A DNA stretch of 52,828 bases from Candidatus Dormiibacterota bacterium (GTDB lineage: Bacteria; Chloroflexota; Dormibacteria; Dormibacterales; Dormibacteraceae). Where the stretch lies: assembly GCA_036564345.1 (NCBI GenBank), contig DATCOZ010000299.1, forward strand, positions 1 through 52,828, written 5' to 3'. Shown piece after piece: positions 1-9,586 of this stretch (position 1 is its first letter; each line of letters starts with the position of its first letter). Under the pieces are notes generated by a model. The model saw only the letters and a list, made by a program, of their open reading frames with translations. It did not search any database and was not told the DNA's origin. Position numbers and translations under genes: made by a program.

Positions 1-315
1 GACATTGCGCGAGCCAAGACGCTCTACAAGGCGCTGCTGGGTGCGGAGCCCTATGCGGATGCGCCCTATTACGTCGGCTTCAAGGTCGGCGACCAGGAGA
101 TCGGCCTCGACCCGAACGGGCACCGCCAGGGTTTGACCGGACCGATCCCGTATTGGGAGGTCAAGGACGTCAAGACCAGCCTGCAGTCGCTGCTTGATGC
201 GGGAGCCGAGGTCCAGCAGGACGTGAAAGACGTCGGCGGCGGCAAGCTGGTGGCGATCGCCAAGGACACCGACGGCAACCTCATCGGTCTCATGCAGTCG
301 CCCCAGAAAGGCTGA
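1..315 (+). CDS. VOC (glyoxalase/bleomycin-resistance/dioxygenase) family protein, 3' part; the 5' end lies outside the window
   Basis: Frame 1 is open from base 1 to TGA at 313-315. The translation DIARAKTLYKALLGAEPYADAPYYVGFKVGDQEIGLDP...GGKLVAIAKDTDGNLIGLMQSPQKG looks like a VOC module (family recognition from memory). Confidence 0.7.
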   Translation, partial: DIARAKTLYKALLGAEPYADAPYYVGFKVGDQEIGLDPNGHRQGLTGPIPYWEVKDVKTSLQSLLDAGAEVQQDVKDVGGGKLVAIAKDTDGNLIGLMQSPQKG

Positions 316-320
316 AGCAA

Positions 321-716
321 CTATGGCTGAGAGGAAACCTGCAAGAAGGCCACGCCGAAGTCCGCCAGGAGCAGCACCGCGATCGACAAGAGGTCCGAGG
401 GATTCTCGGCCGAGGAACGAGCGGCGATGAAGCAGCGCGCCCAAGAGCTTAAGGCGCCCCCGCGCCGCGGCCCGCGGGCGGACGTCGCGATCAGCGCCAG
501 AAGCCCGACGAACGCAGCCGCGCCCGCCGAGATGACCACGTCCACCTGACTGCGCCACTGCCAGGCGCTGAACCCAGCGCCGGCGATGAAGAGGACCCAG
601 AACGGAAGTCGAAACGGGATGGCGAGATGGCGGCCACCGGCACCGCTGCCGGTCCCACCCGACGAGGACGTCGCAGAAGGCACTTGACTCAATCCACCAA
701 CCCCCAGCAAAGACAA
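321..716 (-). CDS. Hypothetical small membrane protein (uncertain; competes with a plus-strand gene remnant at 323-549)
   Basis: 131-aa ORF with two hydrophobic stretches (LPFWVLFIAGAGFSAWQW, VVISAGAAAFVGLLALIA). Its C-terminal half reads like wrong-frame sequence. It shares wobble positions with the plus frame, so GC3 cannot discriminate. Confidence 0.25.
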   Translation of the reverse strand: MSLLGVGGLSQVPSATSSSGGTGSGAGGRHLAIPFRLPFWVLFIAGAGFSAWQWRSQVDVVISAGAAAFVGLLALIATSARGPRRGGALSSWARCFIAARSSAENPSDLLSIAVLLLADFGVAFLQVSSQP

Positions 717-843
717 CCGTTGCGTGCGTGTTGGGAACGACGCGCCCCGGGGGGATTATGACACCGCCAGGGTGCGCGTCAAGTGGAATGCTTTGCGGGC
801 TGCGACACGGAAGTTAATCGCCGGCGCTCGGGTTCAAAACCAC

Positions 844-1284
844 ATGAGCAGCACAGCGAGCGATCGCTTCAACAACTTCAACCAGAACCTGATTGCGGAC
901 CTCCGCGCCAACGCCGGCACGGCTACCTCGGGCCCTTTCGTCGGCCGCCCCGTCCTGATCATGACCAACACCGGCGCCAAGTCGGGTGAGGTCAGGGAGA
1001 CCCCGGTGGTCTACACCCGGGATGGCGACAACTACGTGATCATCGCGTCCAAGGGCGGCGCGCCGACCAACCCCGACTGGTACCACAATCTGGTGGCGTA
1101 CCCGGAGGTCAAGCTCGAAGTCCTCGGCGAGACCATCCCGGCGCGCGCCCGGGTGGCGGAGGGTGAGGAGCACGACCGGCTCTACGACGCCCAAGCCCAG
1201 ATGATGCCCGCCTTCGCCGACTACCAGAAGAGGACGACCCGCAAGATCCCGGTCTTCATCCTCGAGCCCGTCCGCTCAACCTAG
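844..1284 (+). CDS. Nitroreductase-family deazaflavin (F420H2)-dependent oxidoreductase (Ddn-like)
   Basis: ATG at 844, in frame with track ORF 724..1284. Contains FNQNLIADLRANAG...GRPVLIMTNTGAKSGEVRETPVVYTRDGDNYVIIASKGGAPTNPDWYHNL, the typical Ddn/DUF385 core. Confidence 0.85.
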   Translation: MSSTASDRFNNFNQNLIADLRANAGTATSGPFVGRPVLIMTNTGAKSGEVRETPVVYTRDGDNYVIIASKGGAPTNPDWYHNLVAYPEVKLEVLGETIPARARVAEGEEHDRLYDAQAQMMPAFADYQKRTTRKIPVFILEPVRST

Positions 1285-1451
1285 CCCGTAGACGTCCGTC
1301 GCGGTCCCGCCCAGCACCTCGGCCCGGGCGGGGTCGCCGACCCCTGCCAGAGCAGCTTCCAAGGCCTCCAGCACCTGGCCACAGCGGACCGTGAAGGTCC
1401 AGTCGCGGTTCCGACGGAATCCCGGATGGGGCGACCGAGTTAAATAGCCTC

Positions 1452-2429
1452 GTGAGCCGCGTCGCCGACCGTTTTGCCGTGGTCATGGTTGCCGTCGCAG
1501 CGATGCTATGGGGCACGGACACGCTCTTCCGGGTGCCCCTTCTCCACCACCTCTCGAGCAATGGCCTGATCCAGGCGACTCAGCTGGTGCTCATGGAGCA
1601 CTTGATCCTCGTCGTCTGCTCCGTTCCGCTCCTATGGCTGGCGCGCCATCAGATCGGCCGGCTCACCGGTCGCCAGTGGGCCGCGATCGTCGCCATCGGC
1701 GTCGGCGCCTCAGGCTTGGCAACGGTCCTCTTCACCCTTTCTTTCAGCTACGGCCACTTCATCGAGACACTCTTGCTGCAAAAGACGCAGCCGTTGATCG
1801 CGATCCTCCTTGCAAGTCTCTGGCTGCGGGAGCGGATGGCGCCGGCGGCCTGGGCGCTGGTGCCGGTGGCGCTGGTCGGCGCCTACCTGATCGCGGTTCC
1901 CGACCCGCTCCGACCCCAGAACGCCTGGGCCGACTTCCACATCGCCGCCGCCCTATTCGCGCTCGGCGCCGCCGCGCTGTGGGGGGCGGCAACCGTCTTC
2001 GGCCGCTACGCCCTGGCCGACGTCAGCTTTACGGCGCTGACCGGGCTTCGCTTCACGACCGCGCTTCCGGCCCTGGCGGTGCTTCTCTACCTGGAGAGCG
2101 GCATCAGTGGCTTCACGGTCTATCGTCCGGAGGACGCGCCCCTCTATCTCGGCCTGGCCCTTCTTCCCGGTCTGCTCGCCATGCTTCTCTACTACCGCGG
2201 CCTGGCCAGCACGCCCGCCGCGATGGCGACCTTGGCCGAGCTGGCATTCCCCATCACTGGCGTGCTCGTCAACCTCTTCCTGGTGACCCCTCGGCAGTCG
2301 ATAACGAACTATCAGGTCGTGGGCATCGTCATCCTCTGGGCCGCGCTCGCCGTGCTCGACCGGATCAACGCGCGCAAGCCGGCGATCCTCCCGATCGGCG
2401 CCCGACCAGCCATCTCGACTGCCGCTTAG
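1452..2429 (+). CDS. DMT-superfamily (EamA-type) transporter
   Basis: GTG start. 325 aa, about 10 hydrophobic helices arranged as two EamA-like halves. Confidence 0.8.
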   Translation: MSRVADRFAVVMVAVAAMLWGTDTLFRVPLLHHLSSNGLIQATQLVLMEHLILVVCSVPLLWLARHQIGRLTGRQWAAIVAIGVGASGLATVLFTLSFSYGHFIETLLLQKTQPLIAILLASLWLRERMAPAAWALVPVALVGAYLIAVPDPLRPQNAWADFHIAAALFALGAAALWGAATVFGRYALADVSFTALTGLRFTTALPALAVLLYLESGISGFTVYRPEDAPLYLGLALLPGLLAMLLYYRGLASTPAAMATLAELAFPITGVLVNLFLVTPRQSITNYQVVGIVILWAALAVLDRINARKPAILPIGARPAISTAA

Positions 2430-3400
2430 ATCGTCTGCGCGGCGGCCGCCAGCGCCTGCTCGACCACCACCCGGACCATCTTCTTGCGCCAGAAATGGGT
2501 TAAGTCGGTGTTGTCGAGTGGCTTCGCCGGCTTGGCGGCGAGCTCGGCGGCGGCGGTGATCGCCTCCTGGTCGAACCGCCTGCCGGCCAGGAACTCGCCC
2601 GCTGCCGGGACCTCGAGCGGATGCGAGGCTACAGCGGAGAGGGCGACCCTGCAGCTGACGACGATGTCCCCGTCGAGCTTGAGAGCCACCGCCGCACCGG
2701 CGATCGGGAAGTCGATGGACCCCCGGCGGCGAAGCTTCACATAGGCGGTCCTGACCCCCTCCTCGACCGGCAGGTTGATCGTGGTCAGCACCTCGTGGGG
2801 CTGCTTTGCCAGGTACTCGATGCCATCGTCCCGGTAGAGGGCCGCGGCAGGGATCACCCGGCTGCCGTCGGGACCGGCGAGCTCCACCGTGGCGCCGAGG
2901 ACCAGCGCCACCGGCGCCGTGTCCGAGGAGGAGACCGCCCAGCAACGCGGGCTGCCGGGCGCGACCAGGCAGATGTCGCCGTCCTTCTTCATGCAGAACC
3001 CAATCGACTTGCGCCACTCGAAGGTCTGGTTGTAGTAGTTGCAGCGGGTGTCGACGCAGAGGTTGCCGCCCACCGTCCCGGCGTTGCGCAGCGGTGGCGA
3101 GGAGACCAGGCCGGCCGCCTGGGCAAAGCCGGGCAGCGCAGCCCGCAGCTCGGGATCCGCCGCGGCCTGGGCAAGGGTGACCGTCGCGCCCAGCGCGAAG
3201 TGGCCGTCATCGCGGCGGATGCCGGGCAGGGGCGGCACCTGGACCAGGACCTCGGGCTCGAACTGGCGCCGCTTGAGGTTCGGAAAGAGGTCGGTTCCGC
3301 CCGCGACGAGCATCGCGAGCTCGCCCTGCTCGGCGGCCAGCGCGGCGGCCTCGCGCGCCGTCGCCGGCTGCAGGTAGCGGAGTCGCGGCAGGCGGAGCAA
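2426..3400 (-). CDS. FAD-binding medium subunit of a xanthine-dehydrogenase-family molybdoenzyme, HcrB-like, with a Cys-rich insert
   Basis: TTG start at 3400, 1 nt after the large-subunit stop. LVAGGTDL FAD motif. Insert TRC-x16-C-x8-C-x9-C (codons at about 2942-3043). The upstream part of the 398-aa track ORF is read-through inside the neighbouring gene. Confidence 0.8.
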   Translation of the reverse strand: MLRLPRLRYLQPATAREAAALAAEQGELAMLVAGGTDLFPNLKRRQFEPEVLVQVPPLPGIRRDDGHFALGATVTLAQAAADPELRAALPGFAQAAGLVSSPPLRNAGTVGGNLCVDTRCNYYNQTFEWRKSIGFCMKKDGDICLVAPGSPRCWAVSSSDTAPVALVLGATVELAGPDGSRVIPAAALYRDDGIEYLAKQPHEVLTTINLPVEEGVRTAYVKLRRRGSIDFPIAGAAVALKLDGDIVVSCRVALSAVASHPLEVPAAGEFLAGRRFDQEAITAAAELAAKPAKPLDNTDLTHFWRKKMVRVVVEQALAAAAQTI

Positions 3401-3401
3401 C

Positions 3402-5801
3402 TCAGTCCTGCGAAGCTTGGGCGAAGGCTGCTTCGAGCTCGGCACCGACGCGCAGGTCGTCCTCTTTCGGCGGCTCGACCCGGATCGGGTCCGGATAGGG
3501 GACCGCGGGAAAGACCTTCGGACCCTGCCGTGGGGGGTTGCCCTTCGCTTTCGCCTCGAGCGCGCGAAGCACCTTTTCGGGGGTGATCGGCGTCTCGTCG
3601 ACCCAGATGCCGAGGGCGTCATAGACGGCCGCGTTCACCGCCGGGATCACCGGCAGCAGGGGGCCCTGGCCGGCCTCCTTGGCGCCGTAAGGGCCCTCCG
3701 GGTCGATCGTCTCGACCAGGATCGTCTCGATCGGCGGGGTGTCGAGGAAGGTCGGTGACTTGTACTCCAGCATGGAGGGCCACTTGTGCAGGCCCTTGCG
3801 AAATTCCTGCTCCTCCATCAGCGCCTCGCCCAGCCCCATGTAGACACCACCCTCGACCTGCCCGATGACGAGCAGCGGGTTGATCGAGCGGCCGATGTCG
3901 TGCGCGATCCAGACCTTTTGAACGGTCACCAGGCCGGTCCGGGCGTCGGCATCGACCTCGACGACAGCGGCGCTGTAGGAGTAGGCCGGGCTCGGCCCGA
4001 CGCCGGAGCCCTTGAACGGACCGCCGATCCGGGGCGGCTTGTAGGAGCCCGTCGTGCTCAGCGCTCCGAGCTTCGTGGTGGCGATGACGCAGGCCTCCTC
4101 GAAGCTGAACTCGCCGACCCTTCCGCCGCCGACGTCGATCTCCTCGAGATCGGCGACACCCATCTTCTCGGCGACGGCCGTGACGATCAGATCCCGCATC
4201 TTCCGCGCCGCCTCCAGGGCGGCGTTGCCGGCCATGAAGGTGACGCGGGAGGAGTAGGAGCCGAGGTCGACCGGCGTGAGATCGGTGTCGGCGGTCACCA
4301 GCCGGATGTCGCGCGGCTCCAGGCCCAGCACCTCGGCGGCCACCTGGGCGAGGACCATGTCCGATCCCTGGCCGATGTCCATCGCGCCGCAGTAGAGGGT
4401 CGCCCCTGTCCGGTCGACCTTGATCTGCACCTCGGAGTGCGGCATGTCGTTCCAGTAGATGGCGGTGCCCGCCCCGCTCATGTAGGAGCTGATCGCGAAC
4501 CCCATACCGTTTCCCGGCTTGCGACCCCGACGGGCATAGCCCGAAGCGGCGAGGACCTTCTCGGTGCACTCCTCGAGCCCGCAGGAGGTTATCCGCAGCC
4601 AGTTCACCGCACGGCTGAAAGGCTTGACGAAGTTGCGCCGCTTGAGCGCCACCGGGTCGATCCCCAGCTCGTGGGCGATCTTCTCCAGGTGGAGCTCGAT
4701 CCCGAACCTGCCCTGCGGCGTGCCGTGACCCCGCTTCGGGCCGCAGGGCGGCTTGTTGGTGTAAACGCGAACGCCCTCGAACTTGTACGCCGGGATGTCG
4801 TAGGTGACCGTCTGGAGGGTGCCGGTGTAGAACACCGAGGCGGCGCCGTAGGATCCGTAGGCGCCCCCGTCGAGAGCCGTCCGCAGGTGCATCGCGGTGA
4901 TCAGGCCGTCAGTCGTCACGCCGGTGCGATACCACATCAGGGTCGGGTGGCGGCCGCGGTGGGCGTAGAAGACCTCCTCCCGGGTGAGGGTGCACTTGAC
5001 GGGCCTGCCCGTCACCATCGCCAGCTTGGCGACGACGATCTCGTGGGCGAAGGGATCCGTCTTGCCGCCGAAGCCGCCGCCGTGGGCGGCGCCGATCACG
5101 CGGATCCGGCTCATCGGCAGCTCGAGGACGCGGCTCAGGGCCCGGTGCACGTAGTGGACGACCTGGGTGCTCGACCAGAGCGTCAGCCGGTCGTCCACGT
5201 AGGTGGCGACCGCCGAGTGCTGCTCCATCGGCAGGTGGGTGTTGCCCTGGAAGAAGAAGACGTCCTCTCGGACCTGGTCTGCCGCCGCGAAGCCGGCGGC
5301 GAGGTCACCGAACTCGTAGCTGACCATCCGGTGGATGTTGTCGGCGCGCTTGGAGAATGCCTCCTGGATGGGCTCGTCGGCGGCTTCGCGAAGCGCCGCC
5401 TCGATCGTCATGACCGGCTCCAGCAGCTGGTACTCGACCTTGATCGCCTCGCAGGCCGCGGCGGCCGTCTCCTCGTCCACCGCGGCGACAGCGGCGATCG
5501 GGTCTCCCACGTAGCGGACCTTGTGCTCCTCGAGCGCGGCCTCGTCCTGGCTGACCGGGAGGATGCCGAAGCGGATCGGGAGGTCTCGGCCGGTGAGTAC
5601 CGCGACCACACCGGGCATGCGGCGGGCAGTCGAGGTGTCGACGGACAGGATCCGGGCGTGGGGCGCCTGGGCGCGAAGGATCTTGCAGTGCAGCATCCGC
5701 GGCAGGGCGATGTCGTCGGCGTAGATCGCCTGGCCGCGAGCTTTCGCCGACCCGTCAAGCCTGGCAAAGGAGCGGCCCACCGAGCCGAGCTCGCCGGTCA
5801 C
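3402..5801 (-). CDS. Molybdopterin-binding large subunit (aldehyde oxidase/xanthine dehydrogenase family; HcrA-like)
   Basis: GTG at 5801 overlaps the small-subunit stop (GTGA). Contains GQAIYADD, AHGGGFGGK and KEAGQGP motifs. The first ~112 codons of the 911-aa track ORF are an out-of-frame shadow of the small subunit. Confidence 0.85.
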   Translation of the reverse strand: MTGELGSVGRSFARLDGSAKARGQAIYADDIALPRMLHCKILRAQAPHARILSVDTSTARRMPGVVAVLTGRDLPIRFGILPVSQDEAALEEHKVRYVGDPIAAVAAVDEETAAAACEAIKVEYQLLEPVMTIEAALREAADEPIQEAFSKRADNIHRMVSYEFGDLAAGFAAADQVREDVFFFQGNTHLPMEQHSAVATYVDDRLTLWSSTQVVHYVHRALSRVLELPMSRIRVIGAAHGGGFGGKTDPFAHEIVVAKLAMVTGRPVKCTLTREEVFYAHRGRHPTLMWYRTGVTTDGLITAMHLRTALDGGAYGSYGAASVFYTGTLQTVTYDIPAYKFEGVRVYTNKPPCGPKRGHGTPQGRFGIELHLEKIAHELGIDPVALKRRNFVKPFSRAVNWLRITSCGLEECTEKVLAASGYARRGRKPGNGMGFAISSYMSGAGTAIYWNDMPHSEVQIKVDRTGATLYCGAMDIGQGSDMVLAQVAAEVLGLEPRDIRLVTADTDLTPVDLGSYSSRVTFMAGNAALEAARKMRDLIVTAVAEKMGVADLEEIDVGGGRVGEFSFEEACVIATTKLGALSTTGSYKPPRIGGPFKGSGVGPSPAYSYSAAVVEVDADARTGLVTVQKVWIAHDIGRSINPLLVIGQVEGGVYMGLGEALMEEQEFRKGLHKWPSMLEYKSPTFLDTPPIETILVETIDPEGPYGAKEAGQGPLLPVIPAVNAAVYDALGIWVDETPITPEKVLRALEAKAKGNPPRQGPKVFPAVPYPDPIRVEPPKEDDLRVGAELEAAFAQASQD

Positions 5802-6298
5802 CTCGGGGCCATCCGGGTTGCCGCCAGCTCGACCGCTTCGAGGATCTTGGCGTAACCGGTGCAGCGGCAGAGGTTGCCGGCCAGGGCCTCCTGGATCGCC
5901 TCGCGGGTTGGGCTCGGCGTGGAGTCGAGGAGCGCCTTCGCCGCCAGCAGCATGCCCGGCGTGCAGTAGCCGCACTGAGCCGCCGCCAGCTCCGTGAAGG
6001 CCGCCTGGAGGGGGTGGTCGATGGCACCGTCCGCCATGCCCTCGATGGTGGTGATCGCCCGACCCTCGACCTGGAGCGGCAGCACCAGGCAGCTCAGCTG
6101 CGGGCTGCCGTCGATGAGCACGGTGCAGGTCCCGCATTCGCCAAGCTCGCAGCCGTGCTTGGTGCCAGTCAGGGAGAGGTCCTCGCGGAGCACCTCGAGC
6201 AGGGTCTTGTGGACCGGCAGCAGGAGGTCGACCTCTGCGTCGTTCAGCCGCAGCCGGACCACCGCCCTCTGGACCACGCGATCAGTCCCGCTCGGCAT
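5798..6298 (-). CDS. [2Fe-2S]-binding small subunit (HcrC/CoxS-like)
   Basis: ATG at 6298. Contains GCELGECGTCTV, CGYCTPG and NLCRCTGY cluster motifs. Confidence 0.9.
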   Translation of the reverse strand: MPSGTDRVVQRAVVRLRLNDAEVDLLLPVHKTLLEVLREDLSLTGTKHGCELGECGTCTVLIDGSPQLSCLVLPLQVEGRAITTIEGMADGAIDHPLQAAFTELAAAQCGYCTPGMLLAAKALLDSTPSPTREAIQEALAGNLCRCTGYAKILEAVELAATRMAPR

Positions 6299-6476
6299 AC
6301 CGCGTCCACGATACTCAACCGGGTCACGCGGTAGGCCGGTTCGTTCCTTCCAAGGATCGGCCGCTACGTGCAACACCCCTCCGATCTCCCGTGCGCTTCA
6401 CCCGAAAGGGGCGTAGCCAACTTGATAGCGCCTGGGTGTGCAAACAACCCTGCCATTTGGCAGGATAGGAAGAGAA

Positions 6477-7745
6477 GTGATCCTTCGCCGTGCGTCCCTT
6501 GGTGCCTCGATCAGGCGCCGCCTCAACGAGGACAGCCTCGATGCGGCGCTTCTCTGCGTCTGCACCCTGGGACTGGTGGTGTTCGCGATCCACGGGCCCT
6601 ACGGGGCGGGTGACATCCGGGTCTACCACCGCTACGCGATCGATTTCTGGGCCGGCAAGAACGCGTTCCACGCCCTGCCGGTGGAGTACCCGCCGCTCAC
6701 CATCCTGGTGTTCAGCCTCTCGGTGCTGCCGCCGATTTGGGACTACGTCTCCGTCTACGCCGGTTGGATGGCTGTCCTCTTCCTGGCCGGCTACTTCGCT
6801 TACCGGAGGTTCAGCTCGCGCCATAACGCAACGCTCTACGCGGTCTACCTGCTGCTCGGCGCCACGGGCGCCCTGCTCGGCCGCTACGACCTGTTTCCTG
6901 CCCTCCTGACGGTCGCGGCGTTCTGGGCCGCTACCCGGCGGCGGTTCATGCTCGCCTATCTATTCCTGGCTGCCGGGGCCGTTCTCAAGCTCTACCCGAT
7001 CGCCTTGCTGCCGGTGCTGATGATCGAGCATCGCCGCTTCCTGCTCCTCCACGACCGGCCCTGGCGGCTGCCGGTCGCCCGCGGCTTGGCAGCCGTCGGG
7101 GGGCTCGTCGGGGCCAGCTTCGCGGTCGGCTTCCTGGTCGAGGGCTGGAACTCCCTCTCGACCTTCTACTACGCCGCCGAGAGGCCCCTCCAGGTGGAAT
7201 CGCTGGGCGCCACCCTGCTCTGGCTCGGGAGCTTCGCCGGCTTCTCCGCGGTCACCGAGCACGGCTGGAGCAGCTACAACCTCGTCGGTCCGCTGGACAG
7301 CGGGATCATGGCCCTGATGAGCTTCGCCGGCCTGGCCGGCCTGGGCTGGGTCTACTGGCGTTGCTGGCTGGGGCGCCTGGAGCTCGGCCGGGGAATGCTG
7401 GCGGTGGTCTGCGTCACTCTCCTGACCAGCAAGGTGTTCAGTCCCCAGTACCTGATCTGGGCGCTTCCCCTGGTCGTCGAGGTGGAAGGCATCGACCTCG
7501 TCTGGCTCGTGATCTGCGCCTGCACGACACTGATCTACCCGGTCCTCTACGTGAACGAGCACATCTTCGGCACCCCGGGACCGCTGCCCTACACGGGGAC
7601 CTTCCTCGGCACGATCGCCGTCCGCAACGCGGCCCTGGTCGTCGCCGCCGCCCGGGTCGTGCTTTCGGGCCAGCGGCTCGCGACGGGGCCGGCGATCGAA
7701 CCCGCCCGCCCGGAGGGGGCGGTCCTCACGATCAGCGGCGACTGA
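6477..7745 (+). CDS. Polytopic membrane protein, DUF2029/GT87-like putative glycosyltransferase
   Basis: GTG at 6477 is preceded by AGGAAGAG (the track ORF starts at 6438). VEYPPLTILVFSL and LKLYPIALLP motifs, many TM helices. Family call is from memory. Confidence 0.55.
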   Translation: MILRRASLGASIRRRLNEDSLDAALLCVCTLGLVVFAIHGPYGAGDIRVYHRYAIDFWAGKNAFHALPVEYPPLTILVFSLSVLPPIWDYVSVYAGWMAVLFLAGYFAYRRFSSRHNATLYAVYLLLGATGALLGRYDLFPALLTVAAFWAATRRRFMLAYLFLAAGAVLKLYPIALLPVLMIEHRRFLLLHDRPWRLPVARGLAAVGGLVGASFAVGFLVEGWNSLSTFYYAAERPLQVESLGATLLWLGSFAGFSAVTEHGWSSYNLVGPLDSGIMALMSFAGLAGLGWVYWRCWLGRLELGRGMLAVVCVTLLTSKVFSPQYLIWALPLVVEVEGIDLVWLVICACTTLIYPVLYVNEHIFGTPGPLPYTGTFLGTIAVRNAALVVAAARVVLSGQRLATGPAIEPARPEGAVLTISGD

Positions 7746-7749
7746 TCCG

Positions 7750-9585
7750 CTAGTCCGGGGGCACTCGAGCGTCGATCAGCTGCTCGAGGCGCTCGACCAT
7801 CGCGGCCATCACCGCGAACGCTTTCTCGACCGGCTCTCGCCGCGTCATGTCGACCCCGGCCAGGCGTAGCGCGTCAAGCGGGAAGAGGGAGCCGCCGGCC
7901 TTGATGAAGGCCAGGTAGTTCTCGGCAGCGCCCGCTTCGCCGGCCATCACCCGCTCGGCCAGCCAGTTGGCGCCCGCGATGCCGGTCGCGTACTGGTAGA
8001 CGTAGAAGTTGCTGTAGAGGTGGGAGTGGAACTGGGCCCAGGTGCTGCCGATGCGCTCGCGGTCGCCCGGCCGAATCTCGACCTCGTCGCCGTAGACCTC
8101 GAGCATCAGGTCGGCCATCAGCTCGTTGAGCGCGTCGGCGTTGAGGGCCTCGCCCCGCTCCACCCGCTGATGCACCTCGAGCTCGAAGCGCGCCAGTGAC
8201 GGCATCACGAAGAAGTAGCGATAGAAGTTCGCCATCGCCTCCTCGATGATCGAGACCTGGAACTCCGGATCGGGGTTGGTGGCGAGGAGATGGGCGCGGA
8301 CCAGGGCCTGGTGGAAGTTGGAGGCGACCTCCGCCACGAACAGCCCGTAAGGGGAGTACACGATCGGCTGGGTGGCCTTGGCGTAGTAGCTGTGCATCGA
8401 GTGGCCGATCTCGTGTGCGAGCGTTGACATGCTGAAGATGTCGTCGTTGAAGCTCATGAAGATGAACGGGTTGGTGCCGTGCCCGGTCATCGAGAAGGCG
8501 CCCATCCGCTTGCCCTTGTTCGGGTAGATGTCCACCCAGCGCTGCTCCAGCACGCCGCGGCGAAGGGCCGCGGTGTACTCCTCGCCGAGGGGCGCGACGC
8601 CCTCCAGGACCCAGTCCACCGCCTGCCGGTAGGACACCGGCTGCTGGCTCCTCGTCAGGGCCGCTCGCGTGTCGTACACGTGGAGGCGGTCGAGGCCGAG
8701 GGCGCGCCGGCGGATCGCCCAGTAGCGATGCCAGGTCGGGATGTTGCGGCGGAAGGTGTCCAGCATGTTGTGGAACACCTCGAGCGGGACGTGGTTGGGA
8801 GTGAGGGAGGCGTCGAGGGAGGATTCGTAGCGTCGCGCGCGAGCCACGAACACGTCGCGCTTGACGCCGGCGGCGATGCAGGCCGCCATCGTGTTCTTCA
8901 CCGCCAGGTGGGCGTCCGCGTAGCTCTCCCAGGCACTCCTGCGGACTTCACGGTCGCTGCTCGCGAGGAGGGCGTTGATCGTCCCCTGGGCGACCTCGTT
9001 CTGGTCACCTTCCCCGGCGGAGGCCGGTGCGAAGGCGAGGTCGGCGTTCGCCAGCACGCCGTGGATCGAGGCCGCCGTACCGAAAGGATCGGCCGCTTGG
9101 CTCAGGAGCTCCTCCACCTCGGCGCTGCGGACGTGGTCGCGTCTGCGCTCGACGATGTCGAAGTAGTGCTGGTAGATGGCGAGCCGAGGCTCGGCCCGCG
9201 TCCAGGCCCGGAGCTTCTCGATGCCGATCGCCAGCAGTTCCGGCTCGGCGAAGGAGATCGCCGCGTCGACCCGGCTCCCAAGGCCGCGGCTGCGATCCTG
9301 CCGTGCCGACGCTTCCTGGTCGGTGCTGTCGACCGCGTAGAACATGTAGGAGTAGACGTTCACCCGGCTGTAGGCGGCCTGGACCGCCTCGGCGGCGGCG
9401 AACCAGTCGGCGAGCGTGGCGGGGCCGTCGGCCAGGTGTCCCCGGAACTCCGCCAGGTCGGGCAGCCTGCTCTCGACGGCGCGGAACTCCTCCTCCCACA
9501 GGGTCGGGGTCGGAAAGATGCTGGCGGCGTCCCAGGTGTGCTCGACGGGGATGTCCTTGCGGGCGGGGATCGTCGTTTTCGCCAA
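7750..9585 (-). CDS. pepF: Oligoendopeptidase F family (M3B) metallopeptidase
   Basis: 611 aa; HEIGH zinc motif in [11 protein letters not shown]; overall PepF-like length and architecture. Confidence 0.9.
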   Translation of the reverse strand: MAKTTIPARKDIPVEHTWDAASIFPTPTLWEEEFRAVESRLPDLAEFRGHLADGPATLADWFAAAEAVQAAYSRVNVYSYMFYAVDSTDQEASARQDRSRGLGSRVDAAISFAEPELLAIGIEKLRAWTRAEPRLAIYQHYFDIVERRRDHVRSAEVEELLSQAADPFGTAASIHGVLANADLAFAPASAGEGDQNEVAQGTINALLASSDREVRRSAWESYADAHLAVKNTMAACIAAGVKRDVFVARARRYESSLDASLTPNHVPLEVFHNMLDTFRRNIPTWHRYWAIRRRALGLDRLHVYDTRAALTRSQQPVSYRQAVDWVLEGVAPLGEEYTAALRRGVLEQRWVDIYPNKGKRMGAFSMTGHGTNPFIFMSFNDDIFSMSTLAHEIGHSMHSYYAKATQPIVYSPYGLFVAEVASNFHQALVRAHLLATNPDPEFQVSIIEEAMANFYRYFFVMPSLARFELEVHQRVERGEALNADALNELMADLMLEVYGDEVEIRPGDRERIGSTWAQFHSHLYSNFYVYQYATGIAGANWLAERVMAGEAGAAENYLAFIKAGGSLFPLDALRLAGVDMTRREPVEKAFAVMAAMVERLEQLIDARVPPD

Positions 9586-9586
9586 T

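Noticed and set aside
325-345. GCTGAGAGGAAACCTG resembles the CUGAGA...ACCUG core of a TPP riboswitch.
   Set aside because: The GGGG(U/A)GC 5' element, the ACCC element and the UGAUCUGG...CCAGCG pyrimidine-sensor helix are all absent.
1274-1440. Minus-strand frame reading ...DWTFTVRCGQVLEALEAALAGVGDPARAEVLGGTATDVYGLG-stop, reminiscent of amidohydrolase C-termini (…ILGGNAARLYGL).
   Set aside because: Only about 45 residues are present, with no start and no upstream continuation. It may be a gene stump, but I cannot support it from sequence alone.
3786-5855. Very long antisense or out-of-frame ORFs: 3786..5855 +, 1953..3017 -, 8479..9609 +, 14561..15706 +, 26413..27825 +, 27854..29584 +, 30012..31100 +, 44000..45202 -, 51210..52598 + and many shorter ones.
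   Set aside because: They lie opposite or out of frame to genes with clear family motifs. Their translations are Arg/Gly/Pro/Asp-rich without motifs. Stop-poor shadow frames are expected at this GC content.
5802-6137. N-terminal extensions of track ORFs: the 911-aa large subunit, 398-aa FAD subunit, 627-aa LivM, 553-aa binding protein, 416-aa PiT, 493-aa CDF and 794-aa PBP.
   Set aside because: The extensions overlap the upstream gene in another frame and look like wrong-frame sequence. Internal starts with GTGA/ATGA-type coupling, or a lipobox or signal sequence, fit better.
6325-6368. GCGGTAGGCCGG...TCGGCCGCTACG: a GTAG...CTAC imperfect palindrome upstream of the molybdoenzyme operon. It could be a degenerate relative of the REP-like element.
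   Set aside because: Pairing needs a 2-nt bulge and gives only 4+4 bp. It has no G-tract or terminator module and no extended similarity to the three good copies.
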